Source: Octopus bimaculoides (Eukaryota). Taken from it: a DNA stretch of 63,892 nt. The translations under genes and the position numbers were made by a program. Positions 25,150-38,284 of this stretch are shown one piece after another. Location of the stretch: positions 1,451,677-1,515,568 of the forward strand of contig NC_068982.1 of the NCBI RefSeq assembly GCF_001194135.2, given 5' to 3'. Each line of letters starts with the position of its first letter. The first letter of the stretch is position 1. The notes below the pieces were generated by a model that saw only the letters and a list, made by a program, of their open reading frames with translations, was not told the origin of the DNA and did not search any database.

Positions 25150-26870
25150 TAATACAATGGGTCAGAACATAAAGGGTCTCCTTGAGGCCCAGCTGCCAGA
25201 ATATGGAACAAATGTGAACTATCGAATATAATTTGTGAAACAAATTCTCGTAAAAGAATTCTACAAAACATTAATTCTAAAGAAATATGTGCAATAATGT
25301 AAATTTCTGTAGAAAATATCTGTAGAACCATTTCATATCAAAATCAATTTGTATCAAATTCTCTGAAGTGTGTCTAATATTTCGTGTTTATGTCGTCACC
25401 TTCCTGCGTAGTGAATTACCATATCAAAAAAGTTGAGTCAACACCAGCTAAAAACACGGAAAAATCATCTATAAACTTAAAAATAATGATAATAAAGTAA
25501 TTAACGAGTATAATAAGAGTAATTCTGTCGTCATTATAGATTTTGAATTTTATAAAACGCTGCATTAAATTTACTGAATGATACCACTTATGAAAAATAA
25601 AACATTACCAAAATCATAAGTAATGAATAAAATTTTCATATTCATTTATGAGTAACAAAACCACAACATATGGGTCTTGAATAAACTTGAACGATAAATA
25701 AATATCTGTTGCATTCCTTAAATTAAACAGGAGCAAAACAATAAGACATACCTCGTGATTAACAGCTTCAGTGTTTTGGGAGACCACACCGTGATTATCT
25801 TAGGTTTTCAACGGTTGTGCAGGATTTGTCCTCTGAATTACATAGACTCAGACACCCTCTGGAATCTCTTTTGAAACCTATTTTGAAACACCGGATTTCA
25901 TGAGAAAATAAACTTGGGCATTAAAACCTAATCCGTGAAAATGAACAATGGCACAGTTATCCTCTCATTTGACAGTTGGACTTTAAAATTCAGTTGCACG
26001 TCAATATGGATTACAGAACGTCGGACTACTACATGGAAATTCTATGTACATTTAAACAAATTGAGAAGCATTCATTATTCAAGGAATAAAATGCATCGTG
26101 TAAAATAGCTATTTCTATATCGATGGAAACATTAACAAACAAATATCTGGGGCCACCACGTACATAAATTTAGTCAAAGCGAACTTAGAAGATTTAATAA
26201 ACGCACAAACCACATAAGGAAGCTGAGGTAACCGCTTCCATAAATATTTATTAAACAAATTAAAATGATATTCGAGTGACTGCTTTATCCTGTGTCTACA
26301 CAGTTTCAATGGACTTAATGAGTTGAAATTTTTAATTAAGAACATAAACAAAATACACATAATGAAAAATCAAATGTCTCTCAATATCAAAATTGTTAAA
26401 ATAAACAGGGGAATCGAAACCGACATCTACCTCAAACAGACTCAACATAATATTTTTTTTTTCGATATCTAAAGCACACAAATAACTAATGTACCATTCA
26501 GTCAGGTTTGAAGAGGTTTTGTAAATATATATCTATTTTAAAACTTCGTCAGACATTTTAAAAGAAAATGTTAGTTGCAAATTACATTAATTGATAACGG
26601 AGTAAAATATAGGTATTCAGAAATTGATAGATATTCAGGAAATGTAAAGAACAAAATACACTTCAAGATATTTTCAAATCTTCGCATTATCCTCGACACA
26701 CAACGCAAGTAGAATACAAGCATATAACATCATTTATTAGAATATATCTTTATTGAAGAAATAATCGAGAATAAAAAGTACGAAACAAAGTGAAATGGGA
26801 AATATAAGGCAGCAAAAGTTTAAAAGACTTTACCAACCAACAACAAAATGACTGCTAAAAATATAAGGTT
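25150..26870 (+). mobile_element. Penelope-like element, decayed RT region
   Basis: Colinear degenerate PLE motifs: VIIDFEFYK, LRFSTVV (LKFRPIV-like), ILSFD, KQISG, DCFIL, IETDIYLKQT, TNVPFSQ. It may extend further 5' (to ~23900), but I cannot support that. Confidence 0.6.
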
Positions 26871-27059
26871 TATAGAATGAATCAGGCGTTCTTACTTTGA
26901 TATCTGCATTTATCCCTGTGTGGCCAATAAAAGAAACGCAATCATATTGTACAAATCGTAGGAATTATTGAATAGAGATATCATGGAATGCTTGTTAAAG
27001 CTCCACAGTTGGAGAGTAATAAGAAAGCATGAGGAAGGTTTGATATTGTAACAGTTCAG

Positions 27060-30000
27060 ATATAACAGTGACGACAACAAGTCGTACGTCATAGCGGTGG
27101 CGACGTGGATACCTCCCACTCTAAAATGGTGACGTTATAACAGTGGTAACGAGATTACAAGTGCTCGTAGGAGTGTCGAAATGGAAGAACTACTAGCTTC
27201 CGTTGTGAAGCAATAACAACAGTTGCAGCAGCAGCTGTTACAACGGCAGTAAGAATACCGTGAACAGGAACAACAACAGCTAAACCAGCAGTTGATAGGA
27301 TTATTGCTACAATCCAAGAACGCAGCGGCATCGTATTCGGTGGATGGAGTAGCCAACTCCATTGAAGAATTGCTGTATAATCCCGAAGATGGGATTACAT
27401 TTTCTTCATACTATAGAAGGTATGAAGAAATATTTAAAGAGGAGTGCAAAGGCTGGACAAACGAAAAGAAGGTAAGAATTCTTTTGCATGAACCAGTTCC
27501 GTCAGAGCACGAGAAATACTGCAACTTTATTCTTCCAAAAATAGGTGCCAGAAATTTGTTTTGAAGAAACAACTAAAATATTAACTAATATATTCAGTGA
27601 AAAGTGTTTGATATTCAACATACGTTGGGAATGCCTAAATTTGAAAACTAGAATAAAATTGATGACTGTTACATACGCAGGAATTGTAAACAAAGCATAC
27701 GAAAATTTCAAGTTTGGAGAGTTGTCCCCAGACATGTTTGAATATTTGATATTTGTCAAAGGACTAACTGCAAGTGAGGATGCAGAAATAGGAGCGGGAA
27801 TATTAACGAAATTGACACAAGACACTGAATTAACCGTGCAAAAAAGTCGCAAAAGAAAGTCTACATTAACTTACTGCAGGATACGGAAAGAAAATTGAAA
27901 ATAATATAAATGTACAGGTGTATGGCAAACAAACAAATAAAAAAAGGCCCAAACCGTCTTATGGTTGTGACGAGTTGCACTTCAAAAGGGACTGCCCCTT
28001 TAAAAATAAAGAATGTTTTGCTTATAGCAAAATGGGGCATAAACAATCGCAATGTTGAGCGAAAAAGAAAAAGTCGAACGAAAAAACAAATAAAGTGTTT
28101 TCAATGAGAACAGATAGTGAGACGAAAAAAACGAAAATATGTATCGGTAAAAATTATTAATGTACACACAAGATTACAACTAGACACAAGGAGCAATATC
28201 TCAATAATAAATACTGAAACTTGGAAGAAATTGGAAGACCTATGTTCAAGAAAACAAAGCAAGCATCTCGTGGAGTCTCTGGACAGCAAGTTCGATTCCT
28301 GGGTGAATTGACGCCAAATGTAACATTTCATGAGAAGACGATCAAAACGAAAGTCTACATATTAGAAAATACCATGAGTCTGTTTGGTACAGATTGGATG
28401 GAGACATTCAATTTGTGGGATTTGCCCATAAGTATATTCTGTAATAATGGGAATGTGTCGCACGCCAGTTTGAACAAGGAATTTGAGAAGTTAAAAATGA
28501 AATTTAAAAAAAATATATGGTGTTTTTCGGAAGAATTTGGTACATTTATGAAAATAAAAGTGAAATTCCAATTAAAAGAAAACGCTGTTCCGGTTTTTAA
28601 ACCAAAGAGAGCTGTGCTTTTTGCGGCACTGAATCAAGAAGAAAAAGAATTGAAAAGACTAGAGAATATTGGTGTAATACAAAAATTAGACTATTTGGAA
28701 TGGGCAGCACCAACTGTGTACATAAAAAAGAAAAATAACAAAATAAGGGGCTGCGCCGATTTTTCGACACAATTTAATAAATGTCTTTAATATAAGTATT
28801 CGTTACCAAGCCCAGAGGAGATTTTTGCCAAGCTTAATGGAGGCAAACTCTTTTCTAAACTGGATTTATCGGAAGCTTATTTACAGCTGTAGGTAGACGA
28901 AGAATGTCCCAAGCTGTTAACGATAAAAACGCCCAAAGGGTTATACCAGTTTAACCAACTTCTTTTCGGAATAAAAGTCGCACCTGCAATTTTTCAACAG
29001 GTTACGGATACAATGTCAGTGGACTGTGAATTCGCAATTCCACACCTGGATGATATATTAATTAAAAGTGAATCTCATGATCAGCATGTCGAGCACGAAA
29101 AGTGTGTTTTTGAGAAAATAAAAGATTACGGTTTCACACCAGGTGAGGAAAAATGAGAATTTTTCTAACCTGAAATTAAGTATTTAGGACAAATTATCGA
29201 CATGAATGGACGATAACCGGACCCGTCGAGGGCAGATGCACTTAAAGATATGCTTCCTTCGACTAATATAAGAACTTTACAAACTTTTCTAGGTCTTGCG
29301 AATTATTATCAAATGTATATTCCAAGAATGCATGAGTTAAGAGCATTTAAACAAACTAACGAAAAAAGATGTGAAATGGTGTTGGACTGACGAATGCCAA
29401 AAAGCATTCTAAAAGATTAAAAAAGATACTAATATCACAGCTATCTCAAGCACATTTTGATACAAAACTAAAAATAATTGTAGCATCAGATGCTAGCGAG
29501 TCTGGGATCGGAACAGTAATCTTACATAAGTTGGAAAATGGTAACGTAAAACCGATCGCACATGCGTCACGTGCATTATTATCGGCGGGAAAAATTATAG
29601 CGAGATAGAAAAAGAGGCACTAGCCATTATCTATGCAGTGAAGAAAGTTCATATATTCTTGCACAGAAGAAAGTTTACCTTGCAGACAGATCACTGTCCA
29701 CTACTAACAATATATGGAACAAAAAAAAGGTGTCCCCACAAATACAGCCAATCAATTACAACGCTGGGGTAACTACCTTATGAAATTACGATTTCAAAAT
29801 GGAATTGTTGCCTTCGAAGAAACTGGAACCTACGGACGGGCTGCCGAGATTAATTCTGAAGTATAAGGAACCGCTAGAAGATACAATAATAGCAGCGTTA
29901 AAATCAGAAATTGAATTAAAAAATATTCTCCGCAATGTAGTGTGGGAACTACCAGTCACATGGGAAGAGATAGAAAGGAAAGCAGAAAATATACATATAT

Positions 30001-30120
30001 TCACAGAAGGAGAAAAATAATAATGAATGAGACAAATAGAAAAAATTGTGTCGCTGAGCGTAACACATGTTCGAAATACCATTCAATGTGTGACAATCAT
30101 GTAGTATATACCGGATTCTC
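27060..30120 (+). mobile_element. Ty3/Gypsy LTR retrotransposon remnant (gag-protease-RT-RNase H, no integrase)
   Basis: gag YNPEDGITFSSYYRRYEEIF; protease LQLDTRSNISII; RT PVFKPKRAV..WAAPTVYIKKKN.KIRGCADFS, FSKLDLSEAYLQ, GIKVAPAIFQQ, HLDDILI; RNase H IIVASDASESGIG...[12 protein letters not shown]...TDH. PBS-like tggcgacg at ~27098. Many stops and frameshifts. Confidence 0.95.
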
Positions 30121-30539
30121 TAGATGACTTAACAATAAAAACACTTTTGATCTAACGTTTTAGCACCATATTTGAAACTTTTGGACAGTATAGAATTGTT
30201 GGCAGAGGCTTTGCTTGATGTGATTTGCTTTTGGGCTAGAATTCCATGAGGCGAACTGACTGGTGATAGAGACGTAGACCTTGATACACACCATTCAAGA
30301 GAGACTCGAAACGATCCCTGATCTATTCGATTTGCCAAATAGAATCCTTTTGCTTGTGGCCTTAGATGGAGGAGTGCGCATGACGGCATTTATGTTATGC
30401 TACCGTCCACTTAAGTGCTTTCCATCTACAACAGATGTTACATGAATTAAGGTTCTTAGTGGTAATACTACAAAAGCAAAACTAAGAGAGAGCAACCACA
30501 GTAACAACAACACGATCAGCGAGAAAAACAAAGGAATAA

Positions 30540-31760
30540 GCGAAAACGATAACTGAAAGCACCACCAAAACGGCGTCAGTCAGCTCTGCCCCCCCTCCCA
30601 AATAAATAAATCACACACACACAAAAATGTTTACACTAAAACAAACCAATGTATTCCTCTCCCCTCTTTCATCTCAGAGTTTATCGATTCGGGTACTTCG
30701 TTGTGTGAGAAAGTTAGGAATGAGAAAAATTTAGAAAGAAACCGCTCCAAACAAAATCCCAAAATGCGTGAGATGGTTGTGGCTTCATTTCAGAGAATTA
30801 CAAGTTCACATGAACAACGCGAATACCATAGAGACATCCAAAAGAAATATATTCAAGCAAGAGTTTGTATCACAATGTCACCACAGTAGGAATACAAACA
30901 GGCACAATCACAAGAAAAGAGAAATGACAAGAGGGAAACACACAAACATAACAACAACCACAGTATAAGAGACTACAAAAACAACAACTGCACAAACATG
31001 ATTTTGCTTCAGTAAAGGAAAGCAACAAGAAACTAAACATTCACACAAAAGCAGGAAGTGAAAGGTTGAACATGGAGAAGTTCACATCGAATCCTTTTTA
31101 TCAGATAAGAATGTTAATAAAAATGCTCACGGTTGTTTGCAAGCAAAAATGGAGAGGTTCTTAAATGACACGAGATCTTGCAAAGCAATACCAAAACAAA
31201 ATATTCTAGAAGGGTCTCTTGAAAAGCGTCGCTCACCAGGAAGTTACATAACTTTCCATTAGAATAAAATAGGTGGCCTTTCACAGTTACTTTTTTCCGA
31301 ACAACGAATCTAATATCTGAGTAGGGTCTGTAAACTGCAGGTAGTTTGTCGTTGGATTGGACGCCAGAAAGTTTGCTTAACGACTTCGGTCACATTAATT
31401 ACATATGACAGAAGAAGTCTGCAATAGAAGAATTTCTGATATGCGGACATTGGTGCCGGCTTTCGATGGTTAAGAAGTATATTTATATCTCTTAGTCAGC
31501 CTGATTTATTGGGGTGGGGGTCGGATGGCAGCGTCATTTCTGAAAGGCCTTCATCTTGAGGTACGTACAATCTGTCTGGATCAGGATGGTAAATTATTGG
31601 TTCTGGATGCATGGTTAAAAACAGCGGTTGTGTATGTTCCGACAGGAGTAACAAGGTCGGGCTTGTTTAGGCGTCTGCATGTGTTCATGCGAACGTCCAA
31701 CTCTGTAGTATTAGTGACCGGAATGGTATCTTAAATGTACAATGGGCTTGTGCGTGGCTA
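30540..31760 (+). mobile_element. Tx1-like LINE 5' fragment (ORF1 remnant plus APE N-terminus)
   Basis: 31310-31760 reads VGSVNCR...GGG...ICLDQDGKLLVLDA...VYVPTG.TRSGLFRRL..F..TS.SVVLV.G, a typical Tx1 endonuclease; the 30540-31300 ORF1 assignment is tentative. Confidence 0.65.
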
Positions 31761-32350
31761 TAAGCCTCCCAAATCTACCCAGGTAATAGTTCAGGCTCCC
31801 AGAAAGCACAGTAACATCAAGGGAAAAACCTGTACAAATAAAAGCGATTAAAAGCGAAAATTCTAGTAGTAATTATTGAAAGTAATATAAAACTCGTGTA
31901 AAATTAACTGAAAAGAATAAAAGAACTTAAGGTTCGAGTTCTACAGTAAAAAGACTCAAAAATGAAAGAGAAAATAGAACAAACGGCTCCGGCAAATACA
32001 ACCTCGATAAAACTGCCTGATAATGTTTTTTGTCAAGGATGTATATCAGTAAATATTCAACATCACACAGGGCCAAACAACTGGCAGATCACATTAGCAA
32101 TATAAGCACAAATATATTGAAAACGTCGAAGCAACTACAGTATATAGGATATGCCTGTACGGTGTATAATAGATAATAAGTGATGTAGGAATAAAAATAC
32201 GAAACAGTCCAAATCATGATTCTGCATAAACTCTAGCGATTTAATAAGCATGATCAAAATTTCTGGCATAGAGATGGTTCAGAGAAGTGCAATGCATATT
32301 TTCTGTTAACGTGCTTAAATCGTACACACGCACACAGACAGGCATTTAAA

Positions 32351-32389
<39 letters not shown>

Positions 32390-32399
32390 NNNNNNNNNN

Positions 32400-32439
<40 letters not shown>

Positions 32440-32441
<2 letters not shown>

Positions 32442-35280
32442 ATAATGAACTCTCCCGTTGTCAGATTAGGCCAATTGAGGTGAAATAATTGTGGCATATT
32501 GTTGTTGTGTGATGCGAGTATGATTTATGTTGTGGGTGGATAGTACGGGGTTCAAGTCTTGGGTGTATCTTAAAGGTGATGCCAACATCATTTGGGCAAT
32601 GCTGATGGAATATTTTCCACATGATGCAGATGATGTAGCGCTCACGGCAGCGTTGGAGAGAATAAAGCTTTGAGCTTTTCTAGTCAACCCCAGTAGTCAA
32701 GGCTTGTCATGCCATCTTTCTTTTTTGTAATTGATCTTTGATTAAATTTTTATGATACTTCGTTTCGTGTGGGGAAACCACAGTGGACAACAGTATTCAA
32801 TGTGGGGTCGGGCAAAAGTAGAGAAGAAAAGGCAAAATGGTGTAAACATGTCTCGATTGGAAAGTTCTGAGAATGCAGGAATACATTCTGCGGACCATGT
32901 CAACTTTGCTGTTTATATGAGCGGCCCCGCTTATGTTGTTATCCACAATTATTCCCAAGTCTCTGATGTTGTTGGATGTGCCATGAAAGTTTCACCTGAA
33001 CAAAGGAAGTACAAGAGTTTCAAGATATCCTCTCTTCCAAAGTGGATTTACTCAAATTTCTCCTCGTTCAGCAGCATTTTCCCGTTCATTGGATGACAGC
33101 CAATAAATCTGACTGAAGACATATCTGATCACCCACTTCATTGATGGCCTTCTGGATCTTGGAATCATCTGCAAAGATTCTTATGTTATTGTGTTTGATG
33201 ATGTCNNNNNNNNNNNNNNNNNNNNNNNNNNNNNNNNNNNNNNNNNNNNNNNNNNNNNNNNNNNNNNNNNNNNNNNNNNNNNNNNNNNNNNNNNNNNNNN
33301 NNNNNNNNNNNNNNNNNNNNNNNNNNNNNNNNNNNNNNNNNNNNNNNNNNNNNNNNNNNNNNNNNNNNNNNNNNNNNNNNNNNNNNNNNNNNNNNNNNNN
33401 NNNNNNNNNNNNNNNNNNNNNNNNNNNNNNNNNNNNNNNNNNNNNNNNNNNNNNNNNNNNNNNNNNNNNNNNNNNNNNNNNNNNNNNNNNNNNNNNNNNN
33501 NNNNNNNNNNNNNNNNNNNNNNNNNNNNNNNNNNNNNNNNNNNNNNNNNNNNNNNNNNNNNNNNNNNNNNNNNNNTTATCCGTGATCTCACCACCCTCTC
33601 AAATACCTTGATGATATGAGAGGCCACCGAGATCGGTCGGTAGTTCACTGGAAGGGACTTGCTTTCCTTTTTTGAAAATTGGGACAGAAAGTTCTCAGGA
33701 ATATAACCAGCATCCAGTGAGTTCCTCAACGGATTAGCAAGAGGAGATGCAAATTGGTGTCGACACACCTTCAGGACACAAGCAGGGAACCTATCAGGGC
33801 CTACTGCTGAATTGTGTTTAATTTCGTTTATTGGCGCTAAGACATCAGGGGCACCAAACCTTTATGTCCGATATAGGGTGTTGAGGATTAACACCACTGA
33901 CACAGTCCAGATCGGCAATATCAGAATTGCTAAACGCAGAGAAGTACTGTTTCTGCAGTATTTCACTCATGGTTTTGGCATTATCTTGGAGATTGCCATT
34001 TTCATCACTTAGAGGGTCAACGGTGGAGACAATGATCTTGTGGATTTTCGCAAAAGAGAAAAGCTCTTTGAGGTTGAGTTTGATTTTCTCAACGGTCCAT
34101 TTCTCCTCAGTTGTTCTTCGGTTATTGATGATGGTCTTCATACATTGTTGGAGGTTATGTTTTTCTATTCGAGCAGAGTGATAACATCAAACTTGTGTGG
34201 CTTTTGGCAGTATTTTAGTTTGTTAATTTTTTTGTTTGCTTGTTCTTTTTATCTTTCTGATAATCGTTTTTCTGCCTGCACTTAATTTTCTTCACAAGGT
34301 TTGGTGGGTTGTGTTTATCACATGTGTTTGTGACGTGGTGTGTCCATGTGTGGAAGACCAGTCAACATGTGATAGACCGTTTATGATTGCGTCCCAGTCG
34401 GCATCATAGAGATCCATGGTATGAAATGGGTGGGCTAGAGAGAGGTCACTAGGATTAGCTTTCGGCTGGTCGAATCTCAGATTACAGAGAACCATGTCAT
34501 GGTCTGAAAGAAAGTCCCCCCGCCCCCACTGAAATATTGTGTATTGTCTTAGTGTGGTTACTAAACACAAGGTATAAAATGTTCTCGTATCTTGTTGGTG
34601 CAAGGACAAGTTGGGACAAGAAAAACTCATTCCTAAAGTCGAGAAGTGACTCTACTGCTTCTTTGTCAGCAATTGAGGTGGGAGTTCCTGATTTCAAACT
34701 GTTTGTAGACCAATCGACACAGGGTAGACTAAAATCTCCCATCATCATTATTTTACTAGAATGGCACTGTTGAATAAAGCACTTAATGCTGTTGAGGCAT
34801 TCATTAAAGTTCAGTACGGGGGTCTGAGGAAGCCTATACAGCCCAACTACTATCAGATCGTTGGTTTTGTTGTGAACGGTGACCGATTCACAGTAGCCAT
34901 TGGGGAATATCATATTTCCATCTGCCGAAAAGGAATCATGAAGGAAAATGGCAGTTCCACTCTTCCTTTTATCGACTCGTTCCGCGCGGATGGTTGTGAA
35001 ATTCCTCACTTTCACTTCGGTTTCCAAGTGGAAGTTGTCAAGCGTGGTCTCAGTAAGAACGAAGAAAGGGATGTGGTATGGATGGTTACCAACCCAATCC
35101 TCAATGAAGTGGATCTTCCATTTTTGTGCATTGATGGAGCGACTGACACCTTGTGCATTGAGTAGAAATGTGGAGGTCAGCGTAGTGGCAGGTTTTGACT
35201 GTTGCAGGGGTATTTTTTTCTGATGGTGTGCTAGTGATAGCCAAGTGGGTTGTTGGTGCATTGGGGATAATAGCATAGGA
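32440..35280 (-). mobile_element. CR1-like LINE, long copy (APE plus RT, N-gap inside)
   Basis: APE: FFVLTETTL...VGLYRLPQ...MMGDFSLPCVDW...LAPTRYENILYLVFSN; RT: NYRPISVASHIIKVFERVV; post-RT LEYCCPLWFP and LDYWG.LEKLK. Several stops. Confidence 0.93.
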
Positions 35281-35959
35281 TGGTATGGAGTGATTACAAT
35301 ACTTAGTATTTTTTTATAAATAATCAGAAACAGATGAAGAAAGATTAGCTTAAAAACATTTGTTTGTAAAGTGTATAATAGAAGGTTAATGAAATCATTT
35401 CTGAAAATATAGGGGGAGGGGTAAGAATTAAAAAGAATGAAGTGGAAGTGGATTAAGGACTCTTGTTTACTCAAGATCCGTATTAAGGTAACATGGAAGT
35501 ATTATAAAGGAGAAGACGAGGAAAACGGTAATTCAAATGGAAATATGACGATTAAGGTTGTATATACTTACGAAGTCCTTGTGAAGAATAAACATAAGAG
35601 AACAATTTAGGAGATGTAGGTAGAAGAGAAATATAGAAGCGATAAGGTAATAAATTAGAGAGGGTGAAAATGAAAGGAAATTATGATAGTGCAGGGGAGA
35701 TAAACAAGAAGAAAAAATATTAATGATCAAGTATGTGATGTAATGAGAGAAGTGAATGTTAAGAATAAAAGAAAGATAGATTAAAGATAGATGTATGGAA
35801 TGTTTAGGATAATGCTACACAAAAGGAATATTTTGTATATATAAAAAAAGTTATGTCAAGAGTATTATTCTTGCTGAGTATTGTGTGATAAGGATAGGGT
35901 ATGGCTATATATGATCGTAATGAATAAAAATACACGTTATATAGGTTCAATGCATGTAA

Positions 35960-36880
35960 ATATATTAAAAATAATAATTATCATGATCTTCGAGTAGATA
36001 GATACATGTAGGGGTAAATATAAAGTAAAAAACTTATAGGAATAAATGCTTATAATAAGAAATCTACACCATGTATGGAAAGATTTGACTCTCGGAATAC
36101 AACCCAATTCTTTACCAAAGCAGACAACGAGAAAACCATTTGGATAATAATTCCCTTTGCAAAACACTTAAAATCGAACTTTATTAGATCCATCAGATGG
36201 ATTATTAATAAAAACTTGAAAAACACTAAATATGCAAAAATAATAAACACACTAGATATGGATTTTCAGTTTCTCCAAATACTTTTTAGGATAATATCTT
36301 CATTTAATAACAAGAAATTATATCAATTCTATCAAAACAAAATTACGAAAACTGAAGCTGGAAACTCCAATAATGTTTAAAAATCTCTATAATCCTACAT
36401 TTAACAATATCAATATTAATATCAATATTAATAATAGCCACAACTCTGATAATTCATCAAAACATACATATAACACTACTACATCACTCACAAATTGCAA
36501 TTTCAGAGACCCCCAATGCTTGTAAATTAGAAAGAAATTGTAAAAAGAAAGACGTTGTCTACCAGGCAATAATTATCTCGCAAGACTCATCGAGTTTTAT
36601 ATATAGAGATTGCCCACAAAACTGGGTTAAATTGCGAATTTCGAACCACGAATCCACCTTTAGGGACCATAGAAAAGATTACTGGTATCAAAAAAGAAAA
36701 AAAGAAAAAAAATGGCACCTGAAAATAACAAATTATTAATTTCTCAATTTCCTGGAAAATTCTATCTTCAGCCCCCTATTACAGAAATGATGACATTTGC
36801 AGATTATGTCTAAAAGAAAGCTATAATATACTGAGAATGAATGGAAACCTAATTAATACGAGGGATGATAAAAGTTTTCT
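35960..36880 (+). mobile_element. Penelope-like element 3' part with GIY-YIG endonuclease remnant
   Basis: TIWIIIPFAKHLKSN...IISSFNNKKL then CNFRDPNACKLERNCKKKDVVYQA...KLRISNHESTFR...CLKES, the standard PLE linker plus GIY-YIG layout. Confidence 0.75.
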
Positions 36881-36910
36881 CATGCAAACACATATATGTA
36901 TATATATACA

Positions 36911-37435
36911 TACAAAATGTGACAAGAACCGAAAGCATCCAGATAGACAATACAAAGAAAACAAGGACGGGTCATTCGGAGTTTTCTTTCCTCAGCCGAG
37001 TTCCAGATTATATTTGCCATTTCTGCTGGTTATACTAGAGATTGTTCCAATCTGGTCAGCCCCAAGGAAAAAATAAGCTAAGAGCATTAGATTCCTTGGA
37101 AAAATTCGTCCTTAGTCGAAAGACACCTGTTGTTATGTCCTGTTATTTGTATTTGTGTAACATTCTCCTCTTTTTCTGTCCTTGTTTTTGTTTACATTCG
37201 CTGCTTTCCTCCAAGGAATCTAATACTCTTAGCTTAGTTTTTCCTTGGGGCTGGCCAGATTGGAGCAATATCGAGTATAACCAACCGAAATTGCAAAGAT
37301 AATCTGGAACTCGACTGAAGAAAGAAAACTCCGAATGACCCGCCCTTGTTTTCTTTGTATCGTCTATCTCGATGTTTTGTTGTCCCTGTCTTGTATCACC
37401 TATCTGGATATTTTGCGTTCTTGTTCCATTTTGTA
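36911..37435. repeat. Long inverted repeat (arms ~36911-37100 and ~37210-37435, 109 bp spacer), probable Penelope pLTR inverted pair
   Basis: e.g. caaggacgggtcattcggagttttctttc is mirrored by gaaagaaaactccgaatgacccgcccttg; both outer ends run into (TA)n. Confidence 0.9.
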
Positions 37436-38247
37436 TATATATTTTGTATATATATATNNNNNNNNNNNNNNNNNNNNNNNNNNNNNNNNNNNNNNNNNNN
37501 NNNNNNNNNNNNNNNNNNNNNNNNNNNNNNNNNNNNNNNNNNNNNNNNNNNNNNNNNNNNNNNNNNNNNNNNNNNNNNNNNNNNNNNNNNNNNNNNNNNN
37601 NNNNNNNNNNNNNNNNNNNNNNNNNNNNNNNNNNNNNNNNNNNNNNNNNNNNNNNNNNNNNNNNNNNNNNNNNNNNNNNNNNNNNNNNNNNNNNNNNNNN
37701 NNNNNNNNNNNNNNNNNNNNNNNNNNNNNNNNNNNNNNNNNNNNNNNNNNNNNNNNNNNNNNNNNNNNNNNNNNNNNNNNNNNNNNNNNNNNNNNNNNNN
37801 NNNNNNNNNNNNNNNNNNNNNNNNNNNNNNNNNNNNNNNNNNNNNNNNNNNNNNNNNNNNNNNNNNNNNNNNNNNNNNNNNNNNNNNNNNNNNNNNNNNN
37901 NNNNNNNNNNNNNNNNNNNNNNNNNNNNNNNNNNNNNNNNNNNNNNNNNNNNNNNNNNNNNNNNNNNNNNNNNNNNNNNNNNNNNNNNNNNNNNNNNNNN
38001 NNNNNNNNNNNNNNNNNNNNNNNNNNNNNNNNNNNNNNNNNNNNNNNNNNNNNNNNNNNNNNNNNNNNNNNNNNNNNNNNNNNNNNNNNNNNNNNNNNNN
38101 NNNNNNNNNNNNNNNNNNNNNNNNNNNNNNNNNNNNNNNNNNNNNNNNNNNNNNNNNNNNNNNNNNNNNNNNNNNNNNNNNNNNNNNNNNNATATATATA
38201 TATATATATATATAGCAGTGTACGTACACTTTGGTCTCTCTCTCTCA

Positions 38248-38284
<37 letters not shown>

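Noticed and set aside
36960-37370. Hammerhead ribozyme in the fold-back arms
   Set aside because: CTGA(G/A)GA is present but followed by CGAAT rather than GAAA, stem II is poorly paired and stem I/III are inconsistent between the two copies; not callable without a consensus.
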